In this document: positions 52,720 through 64,000 of the stretch, piece after piece | Position numbering within the stretch: position 1 is the first letter of the stretch | Layout of the letters: each line of letters begins with the position of its first letter | Assembly (NCBI GenBank): GCA_964016885.1 | Contig: OZ024746.1 | Coordinates: 17,422,001-17,486,000 of the forward strand | Direction of reading: 5' to 3' | Source of the DNA: Eledone cirrhosa | Taxonomy: Eukaryota | DNA length: 64,000 nucleotides | Program-made: the position numbers and the translations under genes | Notes under the pieces: model-generated | The model's database searches: none | Seen by the model: the letters and a program-made list of their open reading frames with translations, nothing else | Told to the model about the DNA's origin: nothing

Positions 52720-54072
52720 TATATACTATAAGTCTGACGGCCGTATGTAGGTAACAAACTTTCCGCCAAACGGCTGGACCAAACAGCACCAAATTTGTAC
52801 CATAGATGTAACTTTTTCAAGTAAAAAAGTGAGGGTATTTTTGTCTATTGAATTTTGTTAAAAGATTAAAGACATTATTTAAATATTCAAAATTTCATTA
52901 TTTAAATATTCAAAATTTCAAATGTCAACACTTCCGGTTATACATCATTCCTCACTTTTTCTTATGACGTCACACAACATTCCCCTCTTTTTCTTAGTCT
53001 GCCTTTTTAGATAGATACATAACTATAACGTAGTGACCTTATAATATGTCTCTGTATGCCTGGCTGTCTGCATTAGATAACGTTTTTCGAAATATTTACT
53101 TCTGTGTTCACAGACGGATTTTTTTAGTCCTGTTAATTTTAATCTGTTATTTTAATATATATATTTGTGTACAGATATTTTTGCATACACAAAAACAAAA
53201 ACCTATTTATTTCACGAAAGCACAGACAGCTAGAGGACCACAGTCTTTCCAAGATCTGAGAACCATCAATGGCCATCAATGTTCCACTTACCATTTGGCT
53301 TGCCACATGTGTGGTATGTTACACGATGACAGCCATTGGCACCTCACCCTGCAAGAAGCAGCAACTGCTAAAGTCCCTTCTCGGCTACGAAAACATTTTG
53401 CTATTATGCTGCACAACTGCGATCTCGCCGACCCTCTCGCACTGTGGAACAACCACCGTGAAAGTCTAGCTGAGGACATCCTCCACCGCACACGCAGACA
53501 CAATCCAAACGTAACATACGATGGCATTTTCAATGAGGCGCTCATTTGTCTTGAAAACAGTGTCCTGGAGATTGGTGGTAGGCCTCTAAGTCACTACAGC
53601 TTACCTGCTCCTGACAGGAGTGTCCAGAGGTCAACATCTACAGAGCTTCTCCGCGAGACGAGCTACAAGATCAGTGATGGTCAATTGTATGTAGGATGCT
53701 CTAGGGTGAGCTCGTCAAACAATCTCTTCATGTTTGCTCTGGATGGTCGAACAAAAAGTATTGTATACTCTGAGGCTCTAACAATGTAATTTAAATATTT
53801 TGAATTTCCATTATGGTTGTACAAATTGTTGTTTGTTAAAAAATTTGTTCTCTGTTCAGCCTTTATTGTTGTAACTATCAATTTTCTGAACTGCTGCTGA
53901 ACTGGGGAATCCTAAAAGCTATTCAAACTCAACATCAGAGCACGTTAAACCCCACCCCCTCGCGCTGACTTGACAGGGCATGCGGTATCTTTGCACTGTA
54001 GTGTAGAGGGGATTCGTGAAAAGATAAAATGTCGGTATACCAAGCCGAGCGCCAGCCGGATGGGCCAGCTAG
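52720..54072 (+). mobile_element. Internally deleted Helitron
   Basis: GC-rich subterminal segment then CTAG|T at 54069-54073. RepHel peptides GPQSFQDLRTING..LHDDSHW..LRKHFA and GQLYVGCSRV..TKSIVYSEAL. Confidence 0.88.
53230..53789 (+). pseudogene. Helitron RepHel remnant: inter-domain region fused to the PIF1-helicase C-terminus
   Basis: Lies within ORF 53046..53789. The HUH/Y2 motifs and most helicase motifs are absent. Confidence 0.8.
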
Positions 54073-54279
54073 TATATATATATAATTCAAATTTAAAAGC
54101 TATATTTGGAGAGAGAGAAAGAGTCATATATCATTTGAGAGATACAGTATTTTGTACACATATAATACAATATTCAGGAAAAATACATACTTTAAGGTGG
54201 AAAAAGTTATATTTTCCTATATATATATATATATATATGTGTGATAACTGCCACTTCTTTAGAGAAGAGGGTCATCTCT

Positions 54280-54900
54280 GCGAATCTCTGCTATTATGAA
54301 CCACAGCCATCTGAAGGCTGCTGACCAGTTTGATGTCTGAACAGGCTTTGTTTAGATCACCTTTTCTAGACACCTTCTCATATAGTATGAGGGAGCAGTG
54401 AATCTCCAAAAAGCAATGCGCAGATGCTCAAGACTCTGCAGAAGCATGTTGCTGTTCAGGTTAACAGTGCAGTGATATTAGAATAAGACTCGAGCCACCC
54501 ACATGCCGTTTTATGATTATGTGCTTCTAACTAGTCAAGTCTGCACACATTGCCACTCTTCCATTGTTGTCGAGCTTATGAAGAAATATCTACACATAAA
54601 AATGACAATGCTACATGCTGGCAAGGTAATAGGACAATGACAAGGATCGTATGTGTTATTGTCATGGAGTTTAACTTCTCCAGGGGGTGTAGCAGTATTT
54701 ATCGCCCCTAGCCAATTGCATGTTTGTGAGGCTATTTAACCCCTAGCTGGTGTGGATGGCTGTTGACTCTGTGGAGTTCATCTGCCCCTTGACAGCTCTT
54801 GTTTTTGTGTTACTGGGTTTCCACTTACCTTCCTCACCAGACCAGAGTTTGGTGGGGGAGCTGGTTTAGTCACCAATCACCTGACTATGAAACAGGTTGT
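54280..54900 (-). mobile_element. Possible highly decayed RTE 5' region
   Basis: Faint frameshifted resemblance to the RPERRTAL..DIAALSETR endonuclease start. Confidence 0.3.
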
Positions 54901-55033
54901 ACTGTGCTACATAGTACATGGTAATGATGTTGCAATAGATGTCAACATGAATGGACCTGTTATTTTTATCTAAAGACATTTTTTCCAATTTCAACCCGCC
55001 CATCCCCTCAATCTATCTTATTTCTCATTCTTG

Positions 55034-55067
55034 CTTCTGATGAAGGACTAGCGTCCAAAACGTTAAG
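55034..55067 (+). ncRNA. Decayed minimal hammerhead motif
   Basis: ctt-CTGATGA-a-ggac-tagc-gtcc-AAAA-cgtt-aag. GAAA appears mutated to AAAA. Confidence 0.45.
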
Positions 55068-55882
55068 ACCCTCTTCCTGCTATATCAAGCATTAACTTAA
55101 CATATTCCTTCCATATACTGTACCGATTGTGTTATTATTTCTGTTTACCTTTTACATACATATATATATATATATTCTAAATAAAAACTGATACAGGGTA
55201 GAGAGGACTCTTAACTTTGGTAAGACAACCTCTCTAGTGCTGGTGGCATGAATAATACACCCAGTCCATGCTGTAAAGTGGTTGGTGATAGGAAGGGCAT
55301 CCAGCCAGAAAAAAAACAGCCAAAATATGAAAAGCACAACCAATATGGTTTCCACTAATTGCATACACAGGGTTAACAATAATTATATTAGTGCTGCATA
55401 CAGTTGTGGGGTGGCTAGTGTAGCCATGTGCAACACTCAACTGTCATCAAACAATTGCACAACCACTTTCGACCTCATAATGATGAAAGGCAAAGCTTAA
55501 CCTCAGTAGGGTTTGAACTCCGGCTGTCCAACATTCTACCAATAAACACTAGTTTAATAGTTAGAAAGTTAGTTATGTTACAAAATCTTTCCAATTTCTT
55601 GAATATTTACAAAATCATTTGAAAACTGTAGTCAGTGTTTCATTAGAAATATGGTAATGAATGGGTTTATAATTGAAATGTAGTGGAGTATTTGGTGGTG
55701 AAATAGAAGACCTACCCCTAACCCCGAAGGACATTATTAACAACTAAAGTGAAACAAAAGGGTTTTAATTGTAGATTAAAACCTGGTTTAATAGGATTGT
55801 AGATTTATTTTATATTTTTTTTAGCCAGAATTTATAAAAGGGAAATATTTGAAGGATTAGTAAAAGTATCAGGAAACTCTCA

Positions 55883-56095
55883 GTGGTGGTGGTGGTGGCA
55901 ATGGTGGCAGTGGTGGTGATGGTGGTTATAGTGGAGGTGGATGGTGGTGGTGGTGGTGGTAGTAGTGGTGTTGGTGGTGGCGGCGATGATGGTAGTAGTG
56001 GTGTTGGTGTTGGTGATAGTAGTTGTGGTGGTGGTGGTAATGATGGTGGTGGTGGTTGTGGTGGTGGTGCTGTTGTGGTGGTGGTGGTGTTATGA
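55883..56095. repeat. (GGT)n-rich trinucleotide repeat
   Basis: Directly visible. Similar tracts at 24820-24955 and 44960-45190. Confidence 0.9.
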
Positions 56096-56180
56096 TGTGA
56101 GTTGCCTTGCGATACAGAACACCTCACGTATCTGATCTTCACATCGCAAGACATATATATATATATATATATATATATAA

Positions 56181-56368
56181 GGGCGGTGAATTGACAGTAT
56201 CGGTGGAGGGTTGGACGCCATGCTTTCCAGCATAGTTACATCCCTTTACGGTCTGAGTTCAAATCCCGTTGAGGTTAACTTTGCCTTTCATCCTTACAGG
56301 GTCGATAAAATAAAGTACCAGTAATGTACTGGGTAATTGCTGGCCTTGTGCCAAAAGTAGAAACAATT
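56181..56368 (+). mobile_element. Meta-like SINE copy
   Basis: Full-length match to 6341-6522. Confidence 0.8.
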
Positions 56369-57065
56369 ATATATAAATTTTGATTCAATCGATCTCAGTG
56401 CGTTACTGGTACTTTATTTCATTAACTCCATAAGAAAGAAAGGTAGGATATTATGAAGATGAAATGCAGCATTTGAACCAGAGATTAAGAGATTTAACTA
56501 TATGTCACAAAGCATGTCCAATGATCTACTGATACTGCAAATCCCCTGTCCTAGTTATCTGATCGATTGACAAGATCCCAGACCTTACCAGGTGGTGTGG
56601 AACTTGTCAAATCAAACCAAGGAAAGAATGTTTCCATTAGTCTTTCCATTGCTGATACTATCTACTGGTCACAGTTCTTGGCAGAAAGAGTAATGGGAAA
56701 TAAAGTGTCTAGCATTGCTTATTTTGGGAATCAAATTTGCAACCCAACGATTGCGAATCCAATTCTCTAACCACTAAGCCACCTGCCCCCCCCCCCCCCC
56801 CCCACACACACACACATATTCATACACAACAGGCATCCACACAGTTTCCATCTACGAAGACATTAGTCAGCCTGAAAGCTACAGTAGAAGACACCTGCCC
56901 ACGGTTCCACACAGTAGGACTGAGCTTCAAACCATATGGTTGTGAAGTGAACTCCTTAACCACACAGTCATGTCTGTATCGGTATATTTTAAAGGAGTGG
57001 GATTCAGAATACATTTTTTCCAAGGGAGTTGATGATCATGAGACATTGGAAGAAAAGGTTAACTC

Positions 57066-59920
57066 TTTTAATATCAAACCATCAAAACCTCCCCTGGTTC
57101 TATGATACAAAATCATTTTAATTCCAAACTACTTGAAACCTCTCCTGATTTGATGTCACAAACTCTTTTAAAACCAAACTGCTAGAAACTTCCCCTGGTT
57201 CTATGATACAAAACCATTTTAACACCAAACCACTTGAAACTTCCCCTGGTTCTATGATTCAAAACCATTTTAATACCAAACCACTTGAAACTTCCCCTGG
57301 TTCTATGATTCAAAACCATTTTAATACCAAACCACTTGAAACTTCCCCTGGTTCTATGATTCAAAACCATTTTAATACCAAACCACTTGAAACTTCCCCT
57401 GGTTCTATGATTCAAAACCATTTTAATACCAAACCACTTGAAACTTCCCCTGGTTCTATGATTCAAAACCATTTTAATACCAAACCACTTGAAACTTCCC
57501 CTGGTTCTATGATTCAAAACCATTTTAATACCAAACCACTTGAAACCTCTCCTGGTTCTATGATTCAAAACCATTTTAACACCAAACCACTTGAAACTTC
57601 CCCTGGTTCTATGATTCAAAACCATTTTAATACCAAACCACTTGAAACTTCCCCTGGTTCTATGATTCAAAACCATTTTAACACCAAACCACTTGAAACT
57701 TCCCCTGGTTCTATGATTCAAAACCATTTTAATACCAAACCACTTGAAACTTCCCCTGGTTCTATGATTCAAAACCATTTTAACACCAAACCACTTGAAA
57801 CTTCCCCTGGTTCTATGATTCAAAACCATTTTAACACCAAACCACTTGAAACTTCCCCTGGTTCTATGATTCAAAACCATTTTAATACCAAACCACTTGA
57901 AACTTCCCCTGGTTCTATGATTCAAAACCATTTTAATACCAAACCACTTGAAACCTCTCCTGGTTCTATGATTCAAAACCATTTTAACACCAAACCACTT
58001 GAAACTTCCCCTGGTTCTATGATTCAAAACCATTTTAATACCAAACCACTTGAAACTTCCCCTGGTTCTATGATTCAAAACCATTTTAATACCAAACCAC
58101 TTGAAACCTCTCCTGGTTCTATGATTCAAAACCATTTTAATACCAAACCACTTGAAACTTCCCCTGGTTCTATGATTCAAAACCATTTTAATACCAAACC
58201 ACTTGAAACTTCCCCTGGTTCTATGATTCAAAACCATTTTAATACCAAACCACTTGAAACTTCCCCTGGTTCTATGATTCAAAACCATTTTAACACCAAA
58301 CCACTTGAAACTTCAACTGGTTCTATGATTCAAAACCATTTTAATACCAAACCACTTGAAACTTCCCCTGGTTCTATGATTCAAAACCATTTTAACACCA
58401 AACCACTTGAAACTTCCCCTGGTTCTATGATTCAAAACCATTTTAATACCAAACCACTTGAAACTTCCCCTGGTTCTATGATTCAAAACCATTTTAATAC
58501 CAAACCACTTGAAACTTCCCCTGGTTCTATGATTCAAAACCATTTTAATACCAAACCACTTGAAACCTCTCCTGGTTCTATGATTCAAAACCATTTTAAT
58601 ACCAAACCACTTGAAACTTCCCCTGGTTCTATGATTCAAAACCATTTTAATACCAAACCACTTGAAACCTCCCCTGGTTCTATGATACAAAACCATTTTA
58701 ATACCAAACCACTTGAAACCTCCCCTGGTTCTATGATACAAAACCATTTTAATACCAAACCACTTGAAACCTCCCCTGGTTCTATGATACAAAACCATTT
58801 TAATACCAAACCACTTGAAACCTCCCCTGGTTCTATGATACAAAACCATTTTAATACCAAACCACTTGAAACTTCAACTGGTTCTATGATTCAAAACCAT
58901 TTTAACACCAAACCACTTGAAACTTCCCCTGGTTCTATGATACAAAACCATTTTAATACCAAACCACTTGAAACCTCCCCTGGTTCTATGATACAAAACC
59001 ATTTTAATACCAAACCACTTGAAACTTCAACTGGTTCTATGATTCAAAACCATTTTAACACCAAACCACTTGAAACTTCCCCTGGTTCTATGATACAAAA
59101 CCATTTTAATACCAAACCACTTGAAACTTCCCCTGGTTCTATGATTCAAAACCATTTTAACACCAAACCACTTGAAACTTCCCCTGGTTCTATGATACAA
59201 AACCATTTTAATACCAAACCACTTGAAACCTCCCCTGGTTCTATGATACAAAACCATTTTAATACCAAACCACTTGAAACTTCCCCTGGTTCTATGATTC
59301 AAAACCATTTTAACACCAAACCACTTGAAACTTCCCCTGGTTCTATGATACAAAACCATTTTAACACCAAACCACTTGAAACTTCCCCTGGTTCTATGAT
59401 ACAAAACCATTTTAACACCAAACCACTTGAAACTTCCCCTGGTTCTATGATACAAAACCATTTTAATACCAAACCACTTGAAACCTCCCCTGGTTCTATG
59501 ATACAAAACCATTTTAATACCAAACCACTTGAAACTTCCCCTGGTTCTATGATTCAAAACCATTTTAACACCAAACCACTTGAAACTTCCCCTGGTTCTA
59601 TGATACAAAACCATTTTAATACCAAACCACTTGAAACCTCCCCTGGTTCTATGATACAAAACCATTTTAATACCAAACCACTTGAAACTTCAACTGGTTC
59701 TATGATTCAAAACCATTTTAACACCAAACCACTTGAAACCTCCCCTGGTTCTATGATACAAAACCATTTTAATACCAAACCACTTGAAACCTCTCCTGGT
59801 TCTATGATACAAAACCATTTTAATACCAAACCACTTGAAACCTCTCCTGGTTCTATGATTCAAAACCATTTTAATACCAAACCACTTGAAACCTCTCCTG
59901 GTTCTACAATACAAAACTGT
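57066..59920 (+). repeat. 51-bp tandem array
   Basis: Unit atgattcaaaaccattttaataccaaaccacttgaaacttcccctggttct. About 53 homogeneous copies plus 2-3 degenerate ones on the left. Confidence 0.98.
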
Positions 59921-60019
59921 TTGTTTAAAAGTGTTTATATTCAAGCAATGTCTTTAATTAGAAATATATAAACAAAAAAGGGTTCAATTATTTATATTTA
60001 TCTAATAATTTCCCATCAA

Positions 60020-60225
60020 GAAGGGTAAACATAGACGGGTTGGCCATATCTCATATCTAAGAGGCAAGAGGTAGACTATTAGAGTGACAAAGTGGACGCC
60101 AAGGCAGTAGAGAAGAACCTTGGCCCCACATGGCCTATTATGGCCAGAGATAGGAAGTGGTTAAGGTCAACCAGGAAGGGATTCCTCCAACATGAGTGAG
60201 AAGGTCCTGGATTTAGGATTTTGGA
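60020..60225 (+). mobile_element. RTE 3' fragment inserted in the MITE
   Basis: Translates KHRRVGHISYLRGKR*TIRVTKWTPR. Flanked by the imperfect direct repeat taatttcccatcaa / taactttccaacaa. Confidence 0.6.
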
Positions 60226-60574
60226 GTAACTTTCCAACAATTTTATATAAGAACCTTTAATAAGTTCAAAATACCAGCTTGATAATGAGAAAGTTAATTA
60301 CATTACTAAATCCCTACAAATTTTTGATTATTTTCAAAATAATTTGAAAAATTTGAAAATTATAGGCAGAGTCTTTCCTTAGAAATATGACAACAAAAGG
60401 GTTAAAGTGTTTATATTTATTTAAAATATGGTAGCAAAACTTGCATAAACAGAGACGGCTGAAAAGGTTAGACGCGCAAAAGCATAGATATTTAGATAAG
60501 AAAAATTAAACACAAAAACATGAAAAGACAGAAAAACAGGCATAGTAAACCTGATAAGAAATTCAAGGGTAGTC

Positions 60575-60910
60575 ATAGATATTTGATAAGTGTGTGTGGG
60601 GGGTTGTGACTAAGGTATGGGGGTGGGAGCTCATAGACATTTAATAAGTGAAGGGGGAGGTTGTAACTATGATAGGAGGGGGTCATATATATTTGGTAGG
60701 TGGGGGAGGTCGTAATGAAGATTGGGGAGGGGTAATATGTATTTGATATGGGGGGGGGGGCTTTGTAATGAAGGTTGGGGGAGGGGTAATATGTATTTGA
60801 TAAGAGTGACAATGAAGGGTATTTTGAGATAATTGATAAGTGGTGGTGAGGGGGGGGGGGGTAATGAATTGGTGGTGGTGAGTCATAAGTATTTGATAAG
60901 AAGGGTAAAT
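60575..60910. repeat. Degenerate ~41-bp G-rich tandem repeat
   Basis: Recurrent tatttgata.g..gggg..gtaa. Confidence 0.7.
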
Positions 60911-60999
60911 AAGGCTGGAGAGAAATATATGTACTGAGATAAGTTGATTCAATGTCAATGTGGAGGGATATTGAGTACTTAATAGTAACAATAATATTG

Positions 61000-61034
<35 letters not shown>

Positions 61035-61189
61035 GGTGGTATAGATAATGATGTTTTTATTTAAATTATAAGTAAAGATAATAATAATTGTTTCTACTTT
61101 AGGCACAAAGCCAGCAATTATCCAGTGCATTACTGGTACTTTATTTTATCGACCCCATAAGGATGAAAGGCAAAGTCAACCTCGGCGGA

Positions 61190-61475
61190 AAACAGTACAG
61201 CGCCCATGATTTTCGGAAACATTTTTTCATGCTCAGAGTTGCTGAAGCATGGAACAAACTACCTGCATCAGTTGTTAGCTGTCGAGACACTGTATCCTTT
61301 AAAATCTCCATGCTTCCTGAAATTCACCAACACTACACCTGATATCTCCCTCCATACACACGCACAGATGCACTGTTCCCTTTCCTGACATTTGTACATT
61401 ATTCTATGTACTATACATGCACCTTTGACGAGTTGTAGTGCACCTGAGCACTGTACATAATAATTTCATTATTTA
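61190..61475 (+). mobile_element. CR1-type LINE 3' end
   Basis: Translates HDFRKHFFMLRVAEAWNKLPASVVSCRDTVSFK, matching the FFxxRVxxxWNxLP motif. Confidence 0.8.
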
Positions 61476-61615
61476 ATGTAAAATGAAATGAGAACCTTTA
61501 AAAACTTATTGCTAAAGTCCAGTTTTGCTATACTCTACAGGGCCACACAAGTTTTCAACCAGCTATAAATACTAACCACACACACACACAAATATATATA
61601 TTTATGTATGTATGA

Positions 61616-61679
<64 letters not shown>

Positions 61680-62022
61680 AAGACCTCCTTCGGTCATACA
61701 TGACCATGGAATTTGCACCACCGAGGCACAAGTCCGAGCAAGATTTATTTGTGGAAGACCAGCAGTCACCTATGCATACCGGTCTCCCCTCTCCACACCA
61801 CTGATGTTGTTCAAGGGAAAGGCAATGGTTGATACAGCTTGGCACTAGTGATGTCACAACTCATTTCTACAGGTGAGTAAACTGGAGCAACATGTCTTGC
61901 TCAAGAACACAACACAAAGCCCGGTCTGAGACTCAAACTCACAACCTCACAATTGTAAGCCCAACGCTCTAACCACTAAGCCCTGTGCCTTCACACACAC
62001 ACACACACACATATATAACATA

Positions 62023-62202
62023 CAATTAACATACTTCACCTAGCAACCGATTACTAGAGAAACCTTACAATAAAAGAAATTATTATCTTTACATACATAT
62101 ATAGGTGTGTGTGTACACACACACCTATATATGTAAAGATAATAATTTCTTTTATTGTAAGGTTTCTCTAGCAATCGGTTGCTAGGTGAAGTATGATAAT
62201 TG
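62023..62202. repeat. Near-perfect palindrome centred on (GT)n/(AC)n
   Basis: About 90-bp arms with no spacer, centre at 62114/62115. Confidence 0.9.
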
Positions 62203-62771
62203 GCCTCAGGTCAATCCCTGATCTCAGAGGCTCATTATATTGTATAGGATTCTGGCAGTGCTAGTGATGGTAGAAATTTGGGCACTGCCTATGAAGCTGG
62301 GTATCCCAAGGATTATTATGAAGAACATAAGGCGTTTGTGCCTAGCATCCCAATGATGATTGGCATGATTTCTGTCTCTACATGGTGATCAGTTCTAATA
62401 GTGCATGCACGGTGTGCAAACTAATTGATCTTTTCCATTTTCTTTTCAGCCATATTGTTGTCTTGAGGGATCGTAATATCAATTTTTTTTTTTGGTGTGT
62501 ATGGGGGTTTAGAACAATAACATGAACGATGATGATGATAATGATGATATCAATAACAATGATGATGATGATGATGATGTAAACAAAGTCTGACATGAAA
62601 ACAAAAACATTGAAGATATGAAAACCTGAAATATAAATAATAAACATTGTTGATAGTCACCAAGTCTACACACTTGACAGTTTATAGATTATATATACAC
62701 ACTGTCATCTATGTTGTTACTGTACTATATACACCCTCTCACCTCACTGTATACTCACTATCACCTACATT

Positions 62772-63700
62772 GTCATCATCATCATTGTATTAAATCTCCT
62801 TTCCTATGTATGTATGGGTTGGACAGATCTTTTTCAGAACAGCATCCCTCCATTGTATTTTTTCATCATCTCTGCTGAACTTCAGTGATTTAGGATTTGC
62901 TCTCACAACCTCTGCCTAAGTCTTCCTTGGTTTTCCTCTACTGCAGCTGCCATCCACTGGGATTTCTTGGCATTGTTTCACCCAATGATGATCACCCAAG
63001 TGCATCACATGTCCATACCTATGCGGTCTTCTCTTCTGCACACTACTTCTGATTACTTATATAGCCAGTTTTTCTCCCTCGTTTCATCCATCCCCAGTTC
63101 ATCCATGCTTTGTCGTTCACACACATTAATATTGCACATCCATAGAAGCATGCTTGCTTCATTTCTTTCTAGCCTTCACATAACCTCTGCATTCACTGCC
63201 CATGTTTCACTACCATGCACACCACATTCCACATGCAGGCATCATATAGCTGGCTTTTCTGGAGTAGAGAGAAACCTTTGTTGTCAACAGAGGCATTAAT
63301 TCCTTGAACTGTTTCCATTCTTTTCTTATTCAAGCTATTATGCTCTCAGTGCAGCTTAATCTCCAACTAATTAGATCACCCAAGTAGCAGAAGCTATCTA
63401 CCACTTCTATGGAACCTTTTTCCATTGTGTTCTTAACCTAACTACTATTCTCTTAGAGCAAACTTCCCCATTGTTAATTAGATCACTTAGGCAGCAGAAG
63501 CTATCAATCACGTGTATGGAGTCTTCCTAGGATTGGAAAAATGTTTATTTTACTGATGCTTTTACTACTAACTATCCATGTGCATCTGTAACATACAAAG
63601 TCTACCTTTTCTGTTAATCTACTTGCTATCCCACTTACACCTCATGTATGTCCAAGTGTACATCATATAGAGTTTCTACCTACTCCTTTTCTACGCAACA
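62772..63700 (-). mobile_element. Decayed RTE LINE fragment
   Basis: Colinear with 36600-37340 (e.g. catgtccatacc, cccatgtttcactaccatgca, cacccaagtagcagaagctatc), with a (CAT)n tail. Confidence 0.8.
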
Positions 63701-64000
63701 ATTTTTTTTTCTTTCTTTTGTACATTCATCCATTCATTCATTTATTTATTTGCTAACACTCTACCTTTTTGTGTGTCCCTCTCCATGCACCCCCTTCTTT
63801 TTTCCCTTGCCTCCTGACGCCTCCATATCTGATGAAGGTGAGCTATGAGGCCCTCTTATCAGCACTTTCCCTTCCACCCACACACGCCAGGCACTCACCC
63901 CCAATGCCGCACACACGGTGCTCCAGTCCCCGGCCCCTGGCCCCATCCCCCATCTCCTCTAGCCAACACCTGCAGCACCTGCAGGTGTCGGCTAACAGAT

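Larger units (their letters stand above)
57059..60405 (+). mobile_element. piggyBac-like MITE inflated by an internal tandem array
   Basis: TTAA-CTCTTT...AAAGGG-TTAA. The non-array part is colinear with short copies at 17575-17930, 22150-22397, 21020-21245(-) and 40800-41168(-). Confidence 0.7.

Noticed and set aside
55810-56154. Gly-rich or Pro-rich protein ORFs
   Set aside because: A (GGT)n simple repeat open in several frames, with no splice or domain support.

Overview
AT-rich, microsatellite-dense eukaryotic DNA. The repeat content suggests an octopus or other coleoid cephalopod (inference). One host gene is visible on the minus strand: a signal-peptide exon (27714-27795) and two phase-1 LDL-receptor class A exons (25007-25117, 2834-2956), separated by long repeat-filled introns. 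The rest is mostly mobile DNA: a 5'-truncated RTE LINE with a PHD-like finger, decayed fragments of several other LINE types, two tRNA-derived SINE families, several MITEs, an internally deleted Helitron and three large tandem arrays (29/33, 67 and 51 bp units). The most striking signal is a set of short elements inserted in (TA)n tracts. They carry minimal type I hammerhead ribozyme motifs (CUGAUGA...GAAA with stems I-III and structure-preserving substitutions between copies) and are repeatedly arranged as fold-back palindromes, often with the inversion point at or inside the ribozyme. This resembles the terminal repeats of Penelope-like retroelements, but no Penelope ORF is visible in the window. 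Motif coordinates were counted by hand; repeat boundaries are approximate.
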